In this document: in pieces, positions 1-12,265 of the stretch
How positions within the stretch are numbered: the first letter of the stretch is position 1
Layout of the letters: each line of letters starts with the position of its first letter
Assembly: GCF_006345805.1 (NCBI RefSeq)
Contig: NC_042998.1
Location: 132,990,001 to 133,054,000 of the forward strand
Length of the DNA: 64,000 nt
Source: Octopus sinensis
Lineage: Eukaryota
Direction of reading: 5' to 3'
The notes under the pieces: generated by a model
Database searches by the model: none
What the model saw: the letters and a program-made list of their open reading frames with translations, nothing else
Told to the model about the DNA's origin: nothing
Translations under genes and position numbers: made by a program

Positions 1-92
1 TTAACTCATTTGTTTTCGTATTTCATGTTTACTTTTGGTGACGTCCTGTACGCATATATGTATATATATATATACTATTTACTATTTACTAT

Positions 93-480
93 TTTACTTG
101 TTTCAGTCATTTGACTGTGGCCATTCTAGAGCACTGCCTTTAGTCGAGCAAATCGACCCCAGGACTTATTCTTTGTAAACCTAGTACTTATTCTATCGGT
201 CGCTTTTGCCGAATCGCTAAATTACGGTGACGTAAACACATTGTCAAGCGATGTTGGGGGGACAAACACAGACACAAACAAATATACACACACACACATA
301 TATATATATACATATATACGACGGGCTTCTTTCAGTTTCCGTCTACCAAATCCACTAACAAGGCTTTGGTCGACCCGAGGCTATAGTAGAAGACACTTGC
401 CGAAGGTGCCGCGCAGTGGGACTGAACCCGGAACTATGTGGTCGTCAACAAGCTACTTACCACACAGCCACTCCTACGCC
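93..480 (-). mobile_element. tRNA-derived SINE, family 1 (abundant octopus-type SINE with internal CA/TA microsatellite)
   Basis: Minus strand starts GGCGTAGGAGTGGCTGTGTGGTAAG (A box) ... GGTTCAGTCCC (B box) and ends ...GTCAAATGACTGAAACAAGTAAAA; homologous to copies at 3753, 4559, 7678 and 18609. Confidence 0.85.
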
Positions 481-521
481 TATATATATATATATTAATA
501 ATATATGATTAATATATATTG

Positions 522-569
<48 letters not shown>

Positions 570-3406
570 TATATATATATATATAGATATATATATATAT
601 ATATAAACATTTATATTATTATTTAACTGAACCCCACCATCCACTCGGAAGTAAGTTTATATATATACATACAGATGTGAGTATGTGTACGTGTGTGTGT
701 GTGTGTGTGTGTGTTGTGTGTGTGTGTGTGTATTTGTTGTGTGTGCGTGAAGTATATTCGCAGCAGTTATACTAATCCTGGGGTGTAAAGGACTCGATAT
801 CACAATATGGGGTTGATTCTAAATTTCATTTTATGATTAAATTAATTAAATTTTGAATATACGTTGCAGAGTTTACAGATTTCCAAACAAAGAAATAAAT
901 ATTTCGTAAATATTGTTATATGTAATATAAGGGGTAAATATAAAAATGTTTAACATGTTTACTAACATTATAAAACCATTAAATTTGTTGAAACAAGTTA
1001 CGTTATTATATAATACTATCTGCTATATAATACCGTCTGCCGCCCTCCTACTAGCCTTCTTTATATATAAAAGGCGACAAAAATTATGTATAGTTGATGC
1101 ACGTTAACTATAGAAAAAATGTTTATAGCGTGTATTCATGTGTTAAAGCGCTTATTTGGTTCTGAACAGTGATGTGTTTTGAAATATTTTAACAAAGGTT
1201 TTGATTTGTGACGACAAAAGATATCAACTTCGATGAGCTGGTTAAGATATCGTTGCTATGAAACGTATTCCTTTTCTCGGAGAGGTAATGGTCTCGACCA
1301 ACGTTAATCTGATTATAAAATTCGACGTACTGTAATGTATTCGAAATAATTTTTATAATCTCCAATCTTTTCCAAAGTCAGTATGTAGTTTCATTAATTT
1401 TTTAAAAGATTTTTCCAGATTTCCGTGAGAATGTATGATGCTTATATGTCCTATCTTAACCCAATATAATCCGGAGAAGCTGAATTATCAACTGCAACAG
1501 CTTTCGCGCGATAATCTATGGAGTTAAAAAGGCATTTGCAATTTAATGGGCAATTAATGGAGTTAAAATACACACAAACACATGTTTCCTATTTATATCT
1601 ACTCTATCAATAAACATTTTATGGGTACTACTGAACCTAAATATAATTTTTCTACTAAAAAATGTTATATTTATGATTCATATGTGAGTGTTTATTTAAT
1701 AGCCCAAAGAAATGTTTAGTGATACACGCACGCACGTTAAAACTCCATAGGGCAATAAACAAAATCATTTTACGTTTTCTAATTATGCTTAACTAATTTT
1801 ACCTGTTCTAATTTGTACAAATAAGTTTATCGTTAAACCCGCTCCATTTCAACGCTTCATTGTATTTATAAACTGGTTGCTTTGTTGAAGGAATTGTCGA
1901 TTGATTGAAATACTGGTTAATCGTATACTAATATTTTCATTTGCCTACCTATCTATAACAGCAGGTAGGTAATTTAAGTATGTACGTATTATAACTTTTC
2001 ATTTGGCTTCTTAAAAACTGAGTACATATCCATTTTTAGATCTAAAGTTATATGTAAAACTTCCGCTTGTACTTGTTTGACAGCTGATTTGATCCGAGAG
2101 CGCATGTAGAAATTGAAACAATTATGTCCGGGTGAGTTACTCTAGTTACCTTAGAACGCACAACCTGTTCAATGTTATTTTTATTCCTTAAAAGTATATT
2201 AAGTAATCTCAAAAGTTTTCGTCGCACTTCTGTGACCTGGTCACTGAAACAATTTTACTGCATATCTTTCGCACTTCATAATAGGCTTTACTATTATGAA
2301 ACAAAAGAAAAAACAAGCGTGTGTTCTTACATAGTTAAATTTACTCTTCCACGATGTAATTTCACCTAAAATGGTATATAAAATTGTTTAACCATCTAAA
2401 TAGTAATAAGTTCAAGTCATGAATGTAAAATGTTAAGGTGGATGAATTCGGAATACTTGGGCTACATAACGTTACATCAATGGAATTATGATATGATTTC
2501 TTTACGCGCAAAAGGATATCAAAAAAGCAAATAATAATCTTCTCACATGCATAATTATATGGGTCTCTAAATGGCTGATTGAAATATAATTTTTAATGAA
2601 GATCAAGGCTCTTTGGAGCAAAGATTTGGTTATCGGGAAGTAAAATCCAATGATATTAAGTTGCGTAAATTTTTATAGATGTTTATTGCAAATATTATTG
2701 AATTAGGTAAGAAAAATTCTGTTATTATATAGTGAAAGTTAGTTTCTATCGGCTGTTTGATATTACCTAAAGTACTTTTACATATTCAATTTAAATTGAA
2801 TTTATTTCTTTGTACTCCATCACATCCAGTGTTTTTTGTTTAAGGTATTTGATATATTTATGGGTAGTTATGATAGTACTGATATTTATGGTCGTAAGAA
2901 AGAGGCAGAAAAAGTAGCCCACAGACTTCAGTGCCGTTCCTGCTGAGAAAACAGATGAGGATGACACGCGTAGCGTTTGGGGATATGGAAGGATGTATTT
3001 TTTGCCAGAGTGTATAGCTTTAAAAAGGTCCTCTGTCATACCAAATAATAAACTGAATATATTTAAATGCATTTTTGTTTTCAAAATCATCGAATGATCG
3101 ATGCTGACTCGTGATTTAAAATAGCCAAAGTGAGCATATTAACCGCGGAGGACTTTGCACTTTACTTCGCCATAGGACTTTGCACTCTGTTTCACAAGAA
3201 AATTACATGAGCATTCAACGCAGTCAACCCCATTAACTGATTTTCAATGCAGAAGTTTAATCAAAACGATAATCAATTATAATTATTACAGGAAAAGAGA
3301 TAAGATAGGAAGATAGATAGACAGATTCTAAATAGCTTCACCCCTCCCCCCACATCATATATATGCACTTATATGTATATATTTATACATGTATATGTGT
3401 ATATGT

Positions 3407-3640
3407 ATATGCCAGAAGGTTTGTAAATCTAACGGATGCCTCAAAGAACATTTTAAGAGCCACAAAGATCAGAACTTATCTGCAGCTCTCGATGGCCCAA
3501 ATCGGAAATGCAATCTATGTGGATGTCTTTTGAAAACATTGTCTGGTTTAAAAAGCCACATCATATGCCATAATGGTTTTAAGGTGTATGTACAGGAGGT
3601 GGTCCAATTCTGCATAAGGAGTAGACAACCACCATGTATG
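3407..3640 (+). mobile_element. 3' fragment of an RTE-like LINE with two C2H2-like fingers
   Basis: ORF 3389-3673 has CQKVCKSNGCLKEHFKSH and CNLCGCLLKTLSGLKSHIICH, like the LSLAGLKSH fingers of the RTE at 40882-41403; ends in CCATGTATGT, resembling that element's 3' end; flanked by TA repeats. Confidence 0.55.
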
Positions 3641-3695
3641 TTTATGTATATATATATATATATTATGTTTTAAATATATATATATATATATATAT

Positions 3696-3752
<57 letters not shown>

Positions 3753-4145
3753 GGCGCAGGAGTGCTGTGTGGTAAGTAGCTTGCTAACCAACCACATGGT
3801 TCCGGGTTCAGTCCCACTGCGTGGCATCTTGGGCCAGTGTCTTCTGCTATAGCCCCGGGCTGACCAATGCCCTTCCGTAGACGGAAACTGAAAGAAGCCT
3901 GTCGTATATATGTATATATATATATATATGTGTGTATGTGTGTGTGTGTTTGTGTATGTGTGTTTGTCCCACTAGCATTCCTTGACAACCGATGCTGGTG
4001 TGTTTACGTCCCCGTCACTTAGCGGTTCGGCAAAAGAGACCGATAGAATAAGTACTGGGCTTACAAAGAATAAGTCCCGGGGTCGATTTGCTCGACTAAG
4101 GCGGTGCTCCAGCATGGCCGCAGTCAAATGACTGAAACAAGTAAA
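3753..4145 (+). mobile_element. tRNA-derived SINE, family 1
   Basis: GGCGCAGGAGTG-CTGTGTGGTAAGTAGC...GGTTCAGTCCC head; tail CAGTCAAATGACTGAAACAAGTAAA. Confidence 0.9.
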
Positions 4146-4197
<52 letters not shown>

Positions 4198-4199
4198 AT

Positions 4200-4277
<78 letters not shown>

Positions 4278-4279
<2 letters not shown>

Positions 4280-4458
4280 TTTAAATATAAGCAATATGAG
4301 AGATCATTATATGGGTTCCTTGTATGCTACAAATAGACGGCAAACCGTCTTACCACTAAATCTTACTAAGCTGAGAACAATGGTAAGACGGTTTGGCGTC
4401 TATTTTTAGCATATAAGGGATCGATGTAGTGATCTCTCATATTGTTTATATTTAAATA
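4278..4458. repeat. Fold-back inverted repeat, ~78-bp arms, 25-nt loop
   Basis: 4278-4355 (TATTTAAATATAAGCAATATGAGAGATC...CCGTCTTACCA) is the near-perfect reverse complement of 4381-4458. Confidence 0.9.
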
Positions 4459-4558
4459 GAATTCACGGTCCTCGGATATTTTTAATTGATATTATTTAAT
4501 AATATTACTTAATAATATGAATTTCTACTCTTATTATATATATATTTTTTTTCTTTCA

Positions 4559-4752
4559 TTTGTTTCAGTCATTTGACTGCGGCCATACTGGAGCACGGCT
4601 TTTAGTCGAACAATTCGACCCTAGGACTTATTCTTTGTAAGCCTAGTACTTATTCTGTCGGTCTCTTTTGCCGAACCGCTAAGTTACGGGGGCATAAACT
4701 CACCAACATCGATTGTCAAACGATGGTGGGGGGACAAACACAGACACACAAA

Positions 4753-4800
<48 letters not shown>

Positions 4801-4955
4801 CGACGGGATTCTTTCAGTTTTCCGTCTACCAAATCCACTCACAAGGTTTTGTTTGGCCCGAGGCTATAGTAGAAGGCACTTTCCCAAGGTGCCATGCAGT
4901 GGCACTGAACGCAGAACCATGTGGTTGGGAAGCAAGCTACTTACCACAGAGCCAC
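4559..4955 (-). mobile_element. tRNA-derived SINE, family 1
   Basis: Aligns along its length to the other family-1 copies. Confidence 0.85.
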
Positions 4956-5978
4956 CCCAAGAGAGAGAGAGAGAGAGCGAGAAAGAAAAGAGAAAGAGAC
5001 AAAGATAGAGATAGAGGTAGAGGTATTTATGTATTATGGGTATGAGGTTGTGTATAAATACATAGATAGATGATTGGGTGCTTAAAATAGTAAATGGTTA
5101 GATATTCCAATAAATGAATTAATACTGTGAGGTCAACAAAGATTAAGGCCTTCAGATTCACATGTACGACAGCATTTTTCAATAAGGTCTGTTAGTTCCA
5201 CCTAACCCCCATGCACACCTCAGCCAAAACTTCCTGTAACTGTAGTCAAGCTATGTAAAATAGCAACATAAATAAATACAACAATGCACAGAAATACACA
5301 CACACATACAACGGTGATAGCGTTTTTCATTTATATTTTGTTGCCAAAATATAAAGAAGACATTGCATATATATCAAGTGTTACAACCGACCAATAAAAG
5401 AGAGGAACTAAAATAGTAAAGATGAAGACAAATAAACAACAACGATAACAACAACAGGAGCTTCCGTGCAAGACAAAAGAAAACAGAAACAAAGTCAGTG
5501 AGATTAGGGAGAAAGATAATGACATATTTATACACACACGAACACACATATACACATACATACATGCATACATACATATATGTGTGCTTTTGATTACACA
5601 CACATATACACACACACCACACACACACACATATATATATATGTATATACACATGTACACTCTCCCTATACATTCATAAGTATATGAACGTATAGGGAGA
5701 GTGAGAAAGAGAAATCTGTGTACATTAGCAGGTATAATAGCCGTTATTGTTATTGTTATTACTGTATTTGATATAAAGATCCGTAACATCTGCTTTTCTC
5801 TCGAAAACATAACATTAGGTTAAAGTGATTCTTGAAAACCTGCAACTCTTCTTGGATTACATGGCTTTTAATGCTAACTTCTGTCCTACTATAAAAACTA
5901 TTACCCCACCTTCCTTCACCCTATCGTTCTTTTACTATATCTTCTTAGAGATTTCTTTTATTTTATTTCTGCTTTCAT

Positions 5979-6251
<273 letters not shown>

Positions 6252-6655
6252 AAGTTGTTTCTGACCATTCATCCGAAGTGATAGGTAGAGAAGTGGGACA
6301 GACAAAGCGGGTGAATCAGATGAAGAAAGCGATACATTAAATGTAATACAAATATGGGAAAGAGAAGAAAAGTTCGTTCGACAGAGAGGGCAAACAAACC
6401 CGAAATGTTAGGACCGGCTTCTCTCAATAAAATGAGAGCATTATTCCCTTAAACAAATAAGAGGCTTAGCAACAATCTCTACCGCGACTCACTGCTCCAC
6501 CTTACCTTTCCTTCTCTTCCAGTTTTTCGATCAATATGTAACTCATACCTCGTTTCATACCACGTTATGCAGTTTCCTTCATTGCACAAGTGTCGATCTC
6601 AAGGCATATATGGATGCAAACAAATGCATATGGTCTGATGGTGAAACAAATCTGC

Positions 6656-6688
<33 letters not shown>

Positions 6689-7677
6689 CAGAGACAGAGA
6701 GAGAAAGAGAAAGAGGTAGATAGATAGACTCACATACATGTTTTTATAGTACATATAAGAGTTATAGAGATAAAACTTTACGTTTATTGAATACAGCTTA
6801 CTCATGTTTCGTTTAAAACAGCATGTTGTGTAAGACAAAATCTACCATAACAAATGTTGAAAGCTTTTAAGTAATACAATGGCCATCGGACAGTGTTATG
6901 GTATAAGCAAATAAGCTTGTTGATGCCCTGTCATTGTCCAGTATCTTCCATGAAGCTCAAAGGTTAATTGCCTCTCTTATGCAATCTCTGAAGGTGTGAT
7001 GATATAACCTGCTTACAAGTTTCTTTTTACTTATATGTTATTGTTAATGAAATACATGTAAGGTGTACAGAATAAGCACAACAATTATCTCTACAGTTGC
7101 TTTGGATTCCTGTCCTCTGTTCCTAATATCGGAGTAGAACCACAGACATAAACATGGCATACTAATGCATTTGTTCCGCATACCCGGATCTTTTGAATTA
7201 TAAGGAAACATATGGTGTTCCAAACTTTGTTTATATATCGTGATTAATAAATTAGACAGCTCAAACGCGGGTGTGAGAGTGCGGTTGTGAAACTTCGGAT
7301 ATGCACTGAAACTGCAGGCGCTACTTACTGATATTACAAGCTTTCCTCTTGTGGTAATTAAAGCTTTTCCAACGGTACAACAGGTTTTACTAGCTCTATG
7401 CACTCTCAAGACAATAAGCATAAATTCTGTTATATGCATGGATTAGTTTATCCGTTCATTTTGCCCCGAGGTATGTACACACACATATAAAAATACTAAC
7501 ACACTTGCACACCCATACATGCATACATACATACATACATACATACATACATACATACATACATACATACATACATACATACATACATACATACATACAT
7601 ACATGCATACATAATCACATAGCGATGCATACAAACATATTCAATTACGCACATATATATATGTGCGTATTCTTTTA

Positions 7678-7864
7678 TTACTTCAGTCATTTGACTGCGG
7701 CCATGCTGGAGCACCGCCTTAAAGGGTTTTAGTCGAAGAAATCGAACCCAGGACTTATTCTTTGTAAGACTAGTACTTATTTTATCGGACTCTTTCGCCA
7801 AACCACTAGCATCAGTTGTCAAGCGAATGTTAGGGGACAAAGTGACACAAAGAGACACACACAC

Positions 7865-7925
<61 letters not shown>

Positions 7926-8040
7926 GTGTCTTTCATTTTCCGCTACCAAATCCATTCACGAGGTTTTGGTCGGGCCCGAGCGGGACTGAACCCGAAACCA
8001 TGTGATTGAGAAGTAAACTTCTCCCCGCACAACCACGCCT
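7678..8040 (-). mobile_element. tRNA-derived SINE, family 1 (internally deleted)
   Basis: CTTCAGTCATTTGACTGCGGCCATGCTGGAGCACCGCC tail and GGGACTGAACCCGAAACC head. Confidence 0.8.
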
Positions 8041-8052
8041 GCAGCTATATAA

Positions 8053-8158
8053 AGGATGAAAGGCAAAGTCGCCCACGACAGAATCTGAACTCAGAATGTT
8101 AGGACGGACGAAATGCCGCAAAGCATTTTCCTCGGGGTGCTAACGCTTCTGCCAGCTG
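8053..8158 (-). mobile_element. SINE family 2 fragment
   Basis: Reverse complement of the head at 14946 (GCTGGCAGAA...GAAATGC...CGTC...TTCTGAGTTCA...GACTTTGCCTTTC). Confidence 0.7.
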
Positions 8159-8171
8159 GTTCTAATATATA

Positions 8172-9019
8172 CGAGGTGATGTCAAAAATTATCCGAACTT
8201 TCGCCATAACATGTCTTTATTGTTGTCACATACCATCTGCTCGTGCGTGCTTATAGATGGTGCTATTATGGTCACGTGATAGAATTTTGAGCCTGTTTGC
8301 GCCATTTTTCTTTCTGGATTTACAGTGTAAGTTTGGCTGCTCCACTAGCAATGTGCACCAAAGAAGAACAAAGAGAAAAAGAGTGCAGCTTTGAGTTTTT
8401 GTTACCAACAGGGGATGAAACGTGGGGCCATTATTATGAGACAGAATTCAAAAGACAGAGTATGGAGTGGAAACATCCTGGCTCGTCAGCGACAAAGAAA
8501 TTCAAAACTCAGTCTTCCGCGGTAAAAGTGATGCTAACCCTTTTCTGAGGGTAGACTACCTGAAAAAGGAGTGTACGATCAACAGTGCAAGATAGAGTGC
8601 TTTGTTAGCCAACAAACTGAAGCCAGCAATTCGCACCAAACGGCGAACCCTATTGTCGAAGAAAGTTTTGTTGTTGCATGACAATGCACGCCCACACACG
8701 GCCGCTCAGACCGTTGAAACCATTAACCAATCAGATTTTGAGGTGCCTCCTTCTTACTATTATGTCTTTGAACCGCTCAAAGATGGTTTACGAGGTCGTC
8801 GATTTCCCCCGGATGAAGTTTTAAAGGAAGCGGTACATAAATGGTTGCACGACCAACCGAAAACCTTCTTCGAGGGAATGCGCAAGCTTGTGGACCACTG
8901 GACCAAGTGCATCGAAAGGGAAGGAGACTATATAGAAAAATGACGCACTTATTTATCTCCTGCTTTTGTGTAAATATATTTAAAAAACAAAAGTGCGTAT
9001 AATTTTTGACACTCCCTCG
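8172..9019 (+). mobile_element. Internally deleted mariner (DD34D-type) DNA transposon with both TIRs and TA target duplication
   Basis: TIRs CGAGGTGATGTCAAAAATTAT (8172-8192) and ATAATTTTTGACACTCCCTCG (8999-9019) match 18/21, with TA on both sides. Transposase pieces: TGDETWGHYYETEFKRQSMEW (8297-8548) and LLHDNARPHTA...VFEPLKDGLRGRRF (8602-8943). The HTH region and YSPDL motif are missing. Confidence 0.93.
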
Positions 9020-9399
9020 TATATACAAGTATGTTCTCTTCCCCTATTGTTTTCTCTCTCATCCTTTCTCTAATTCCTTTTTATTCTCCCCTTCACCGTT
9101 TTGTATCTGTTTCTCCGTCTCTCCCTCTTTCTGCTTTACTCTCTCTCTCTCTCTCTCTCGTTGCTCACACGTGAACATCGTCTATCTTTCTTTTCCTTCA
9201 GGGATGTTGTGAAGACTGCAAATATCCTATCTATCTCTCTCTTCTATCTTTTCTCTTTTGAAAGAAAACATTTCTCCAGCGTTCTCTAGTTTACCTTCGT
9301 CTAGTCTAACGAGTCCCATGTTTGTTTTCGTCCTGTTTTTGCTACCAACTTTGACCCTCTATAAATCCTAAATTTTATTTTAGCTTTTGTGGGAGCAAC

Positions 9400-9768
9400 T
9401 GCCTTCGAAGACTCATATTGTCGTTCAATGCTCGAAATGAGGAGTAGATAGGCAGCTGACAACTGATGAAGGCTCGTTCTTTATGTCACTTGTCCTGTTT
9501 TGCATTTGTTCCTCTCGTTTGCGTATTCAACTCATTTATTTTCGTATTTCATGTTGTTTACCTTTGGTGACGTCTTTGGTGAGTAAATACATAAATGTGA
9601 AACAAGGTGGAAAAAAGAGTACTCAAATACCAGTGGTTGAGTAATATGCTTTATTTAAAGCACCAGAAAATTCAACAAAACCTGTTACTCTGAGTTTCCC
9701 GTTGCCGGCAACGGGAAACTCAGAGTAACAGGTTTTGTGAATTTTCTGCTGCTTTAAATAAAGTATAT

Positions 9769-9818
<50 letters not shown>

Positions 9819-9990
9819 ATATATATATACCGGAGTAAGTACTTGAATGTAAAGCAAGGTGGAAAAAAGAGTACTCAAATACCAGAGGTAGAGTAATATG
9901 CTTTATTTAAAAGCACCAGAAATATAACAAAAGGTGTTACTTAGAGTTTCACGTTCCCATTTGTTATATTACTGCTGTTTTTAAATAAAG
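9400..9990 (+). mobile_element. PLE-type terminal repeat (pLTR) remnants with two fold-backs
   Basis: 9420-9580 matches the reverse complement of 17470-17620 and window start 1-50; 9590-9700 and 9830-9958 match the reverse complement of 17650-17770. Confidence 0.6.
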
Positions 9991-10002
9991 TATATATATA
10001 TA

Positions 10003-10341
10003 AAGGGTAAAGACCCCCTTCGGTCATGAATGACCATGGGATTGCACCTAGAAAGTTACCCTCCTAGACACAAGTCTGGGCAAGGTTGTTTATAGAAGAC
10101 CAGCAGTCGCCCATGCATACCGGCCTCCCCTCTCCACGCCACCAGTGTTATCCAAGGGAAAGACAAAGGTCGATACAGCTTGGCACCAGTGACGTCGCAA
10201 CTCATTTCTATAGCTGAGTGAACTGGAGCAACGTGAAATAAAGTGCCTTGCTCAAGAATACAACACGCAGCCCGGTCCGGGATTCGAGCTCACAACCTCA
10301 CGATCGTAAGCTCGACGCTCTAACCACTGAGCCATGCGCCT
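10003..10341 (-). mobile_element. tRNA-derived SINE, family 3
   Basis: Minus-strand head AGGCGCATGGCTCAGTGGTTAGAGCG...GCTCGAATCCCG followed by TTGAGCAAGGCACTTTATTTCACGTTGCTCCAG; a diverged relative lies at 37206-37445. Confidence 0.85.
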
Positions 10342-10380
<39 letters not shown>

Positions 10381-10622
10381 ATTGAGAGAGAGAGAGAGAG
10401 AGAGAAAGAGACACACAGAGAAAGCGTTAAGCCTCTTTTTTTCTCATCTCCGAACAACTTGTCTATCTATCTGTTTTTTTCTCCCCCTTTTTTCCTCCTC
10501 TCTCTCATTTTTTTTCTTGCTCCCTGTATATCGCTCTCACTCTCCATTATGCACTATTTTTTCCACTCTCTACTTTTACATACGTTCACTCTCTCCAGAT
10601 CCGTAAACCTCGTTTCCAGTTT

Positions 10623-10742
10623 TCTTCTTCTTCTTCTTCTTCTTCTTCTTCTTCTTCTTCTTCTTCTTCTTCTTCTTCTTCTTCTTCTTCTTCTTCTTCT
10701 TCTTCTTCTTCTTCTTCTTCTTCTTTTTCTTCTTCTTCTTCT
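10623..10742. repeat. (CTT)n trinucleotide tract (~40 units)
   Basis: Directly visible; source of the poly-Leu ORF. Confidence 0.95.
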
Positions 10743-11662
10743 TTTCTGCGTTCTCTTTCCTTCTTTTTTATCTTCTTTGTCTCCTTCTCCCCCTCCTTCT
10801 CCTCCTCTCCCTCTTCTTTCTTACTGTTCTTTTTTTTTTACATAGGAGATACATGGATATGTAGGTAGAGAGGGAGAGAAAGTAGTAGAGAGAAGTGAGT
10901 GAGATGGAGAAGCAATGGAAGATATTGATAGAAACAGACAGACAGGCAAACAGACAGGCACATATACAGAGAAAGCGAGGAGAGAGAAACAAAGGGAGAG
11001 GATGGAAGAGATAAAGCAAAGAACGCAACTTAGTAGAATTGTAAATAAACACTATCTTCCAACGAACGGAATCTAAATATCATCAAGTCACAAACGAAAT
11101 GGAAAGCACAGCTAAACACATATCAAATACACAAATCGACATACACATTTATACATACATATATACGCACATTTATACTTGTGTGTGTGTGTATATGTAT
11201 ATACATACATACATACATATATATATATAATAATATAATAAATAAAACATATGCATACATACATACATATATGTACATACCTACATCTATATGTATATAT
11301 ACATGCATATGTGAGTACAGGACACCACAAATAAACGTGGAACACAACGAGAAACGAAAACATAAAACCAAACAAGGAAACGGACTTTTTTTAACAACGA
11401 AAAAAACAGAGTACGAGACAACCAACACAAGGAACATTCCCCTTCTTCAGCTGACCCTGTTTCGACTCAATGCGTGTTTCGAAGGTAAGGGCAGAACACG
11501 ATCCGGCCGAAGCAATCCTTCCCGCAAAATGAATTAAATAAAAAATTTTTGCGGAGGGGTAAAAAAGTGACAAGAACAGGACGTAAAAGCAATACAAATG
11601 AAGAAAAAAAACAGTACAAATAAAGAATAAAAACAGTAAAAGACAGGACAAGGAAACCAACA

Positions 11663-11822
11663 CGGTAAAATTTCCACTTATTTCTTATTCTTATTTTCTA
11701 AAATTTTCGTTGCGTCTTGCAACCTTTTTCAAAGAGAGAGAGAGTCAAAACTATTGAAAAGGTTGCAAGACGCAACGAAAATTTTAGAAAATAAAAATAA
11801 GAAATAAGTGGAAATTTTACCG
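11663..11822. repeat. Fold-back inverted repeat, ~70-bp arms
   Basis: CGGTAAAATTTCCACTTATTTC...CCTTTTTCAA (11663-11732) versus TTGAAAAGGTTGC...GGAAATTTTACCG (11754-11822). Confidence 0.9.
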
Positions 11823-11878
11823 GTGAGTGTGTTAAATAATAAGGTACTAAAAGAGAGTGACTCTCCCCAGACACAACA

Positions 11879-11951
<73 letters not shown>

Positions 11952-12265
11952 ATATACACATACATATATGTGTGTGTATGTGTATCGTGTACTTGACGGA
12001 AGTTGCGTGTTTAGTGCAACTTTCAATATTGTTTTATAACAACAGCAGTTAGGATATAGTAATGGACAGTATGGTATTCAACAAAACAATATGCAGGAAC
12101 ATTTAAAACATGTTGTACATCAACATAGACAGCAGAATCTAATCAGTCTTGTATTAACAAGAGAGCGTATGTTAACCAAGTTTATTGTTATTATACGCAC
12201 ACATATAAACACACACAGACACACACATATATACACACACATATATATACACACACACATATATA

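Noticed and set aside
1228-1275. TCGATGAG...GAAACGTA possible hammerhead
   Set aside because: The core is mismatched and stems I and II do not pair.
7044-7439. 131-aa minus-strand ORF faintly like a LINE RT N-terminal region
   Set aside because: No diagnostic motif is retained; the similarity is too weak to call.
9460-9485. CTGATGAAGG / CTGAAGAAGG motifs (also 11445 and 17584 on the minus strand)
   Set aside because: No GAAA-stem III-UH follows, so they do not form a hammerhead.
10260-10341. tRNA-like sequences (also SINE heads near 35540-35605 and 44940-45011)
   Set aside because: They are SINE heads with A/B boxes continuing into SINE bodies, not cloverleaf tRNA genes.
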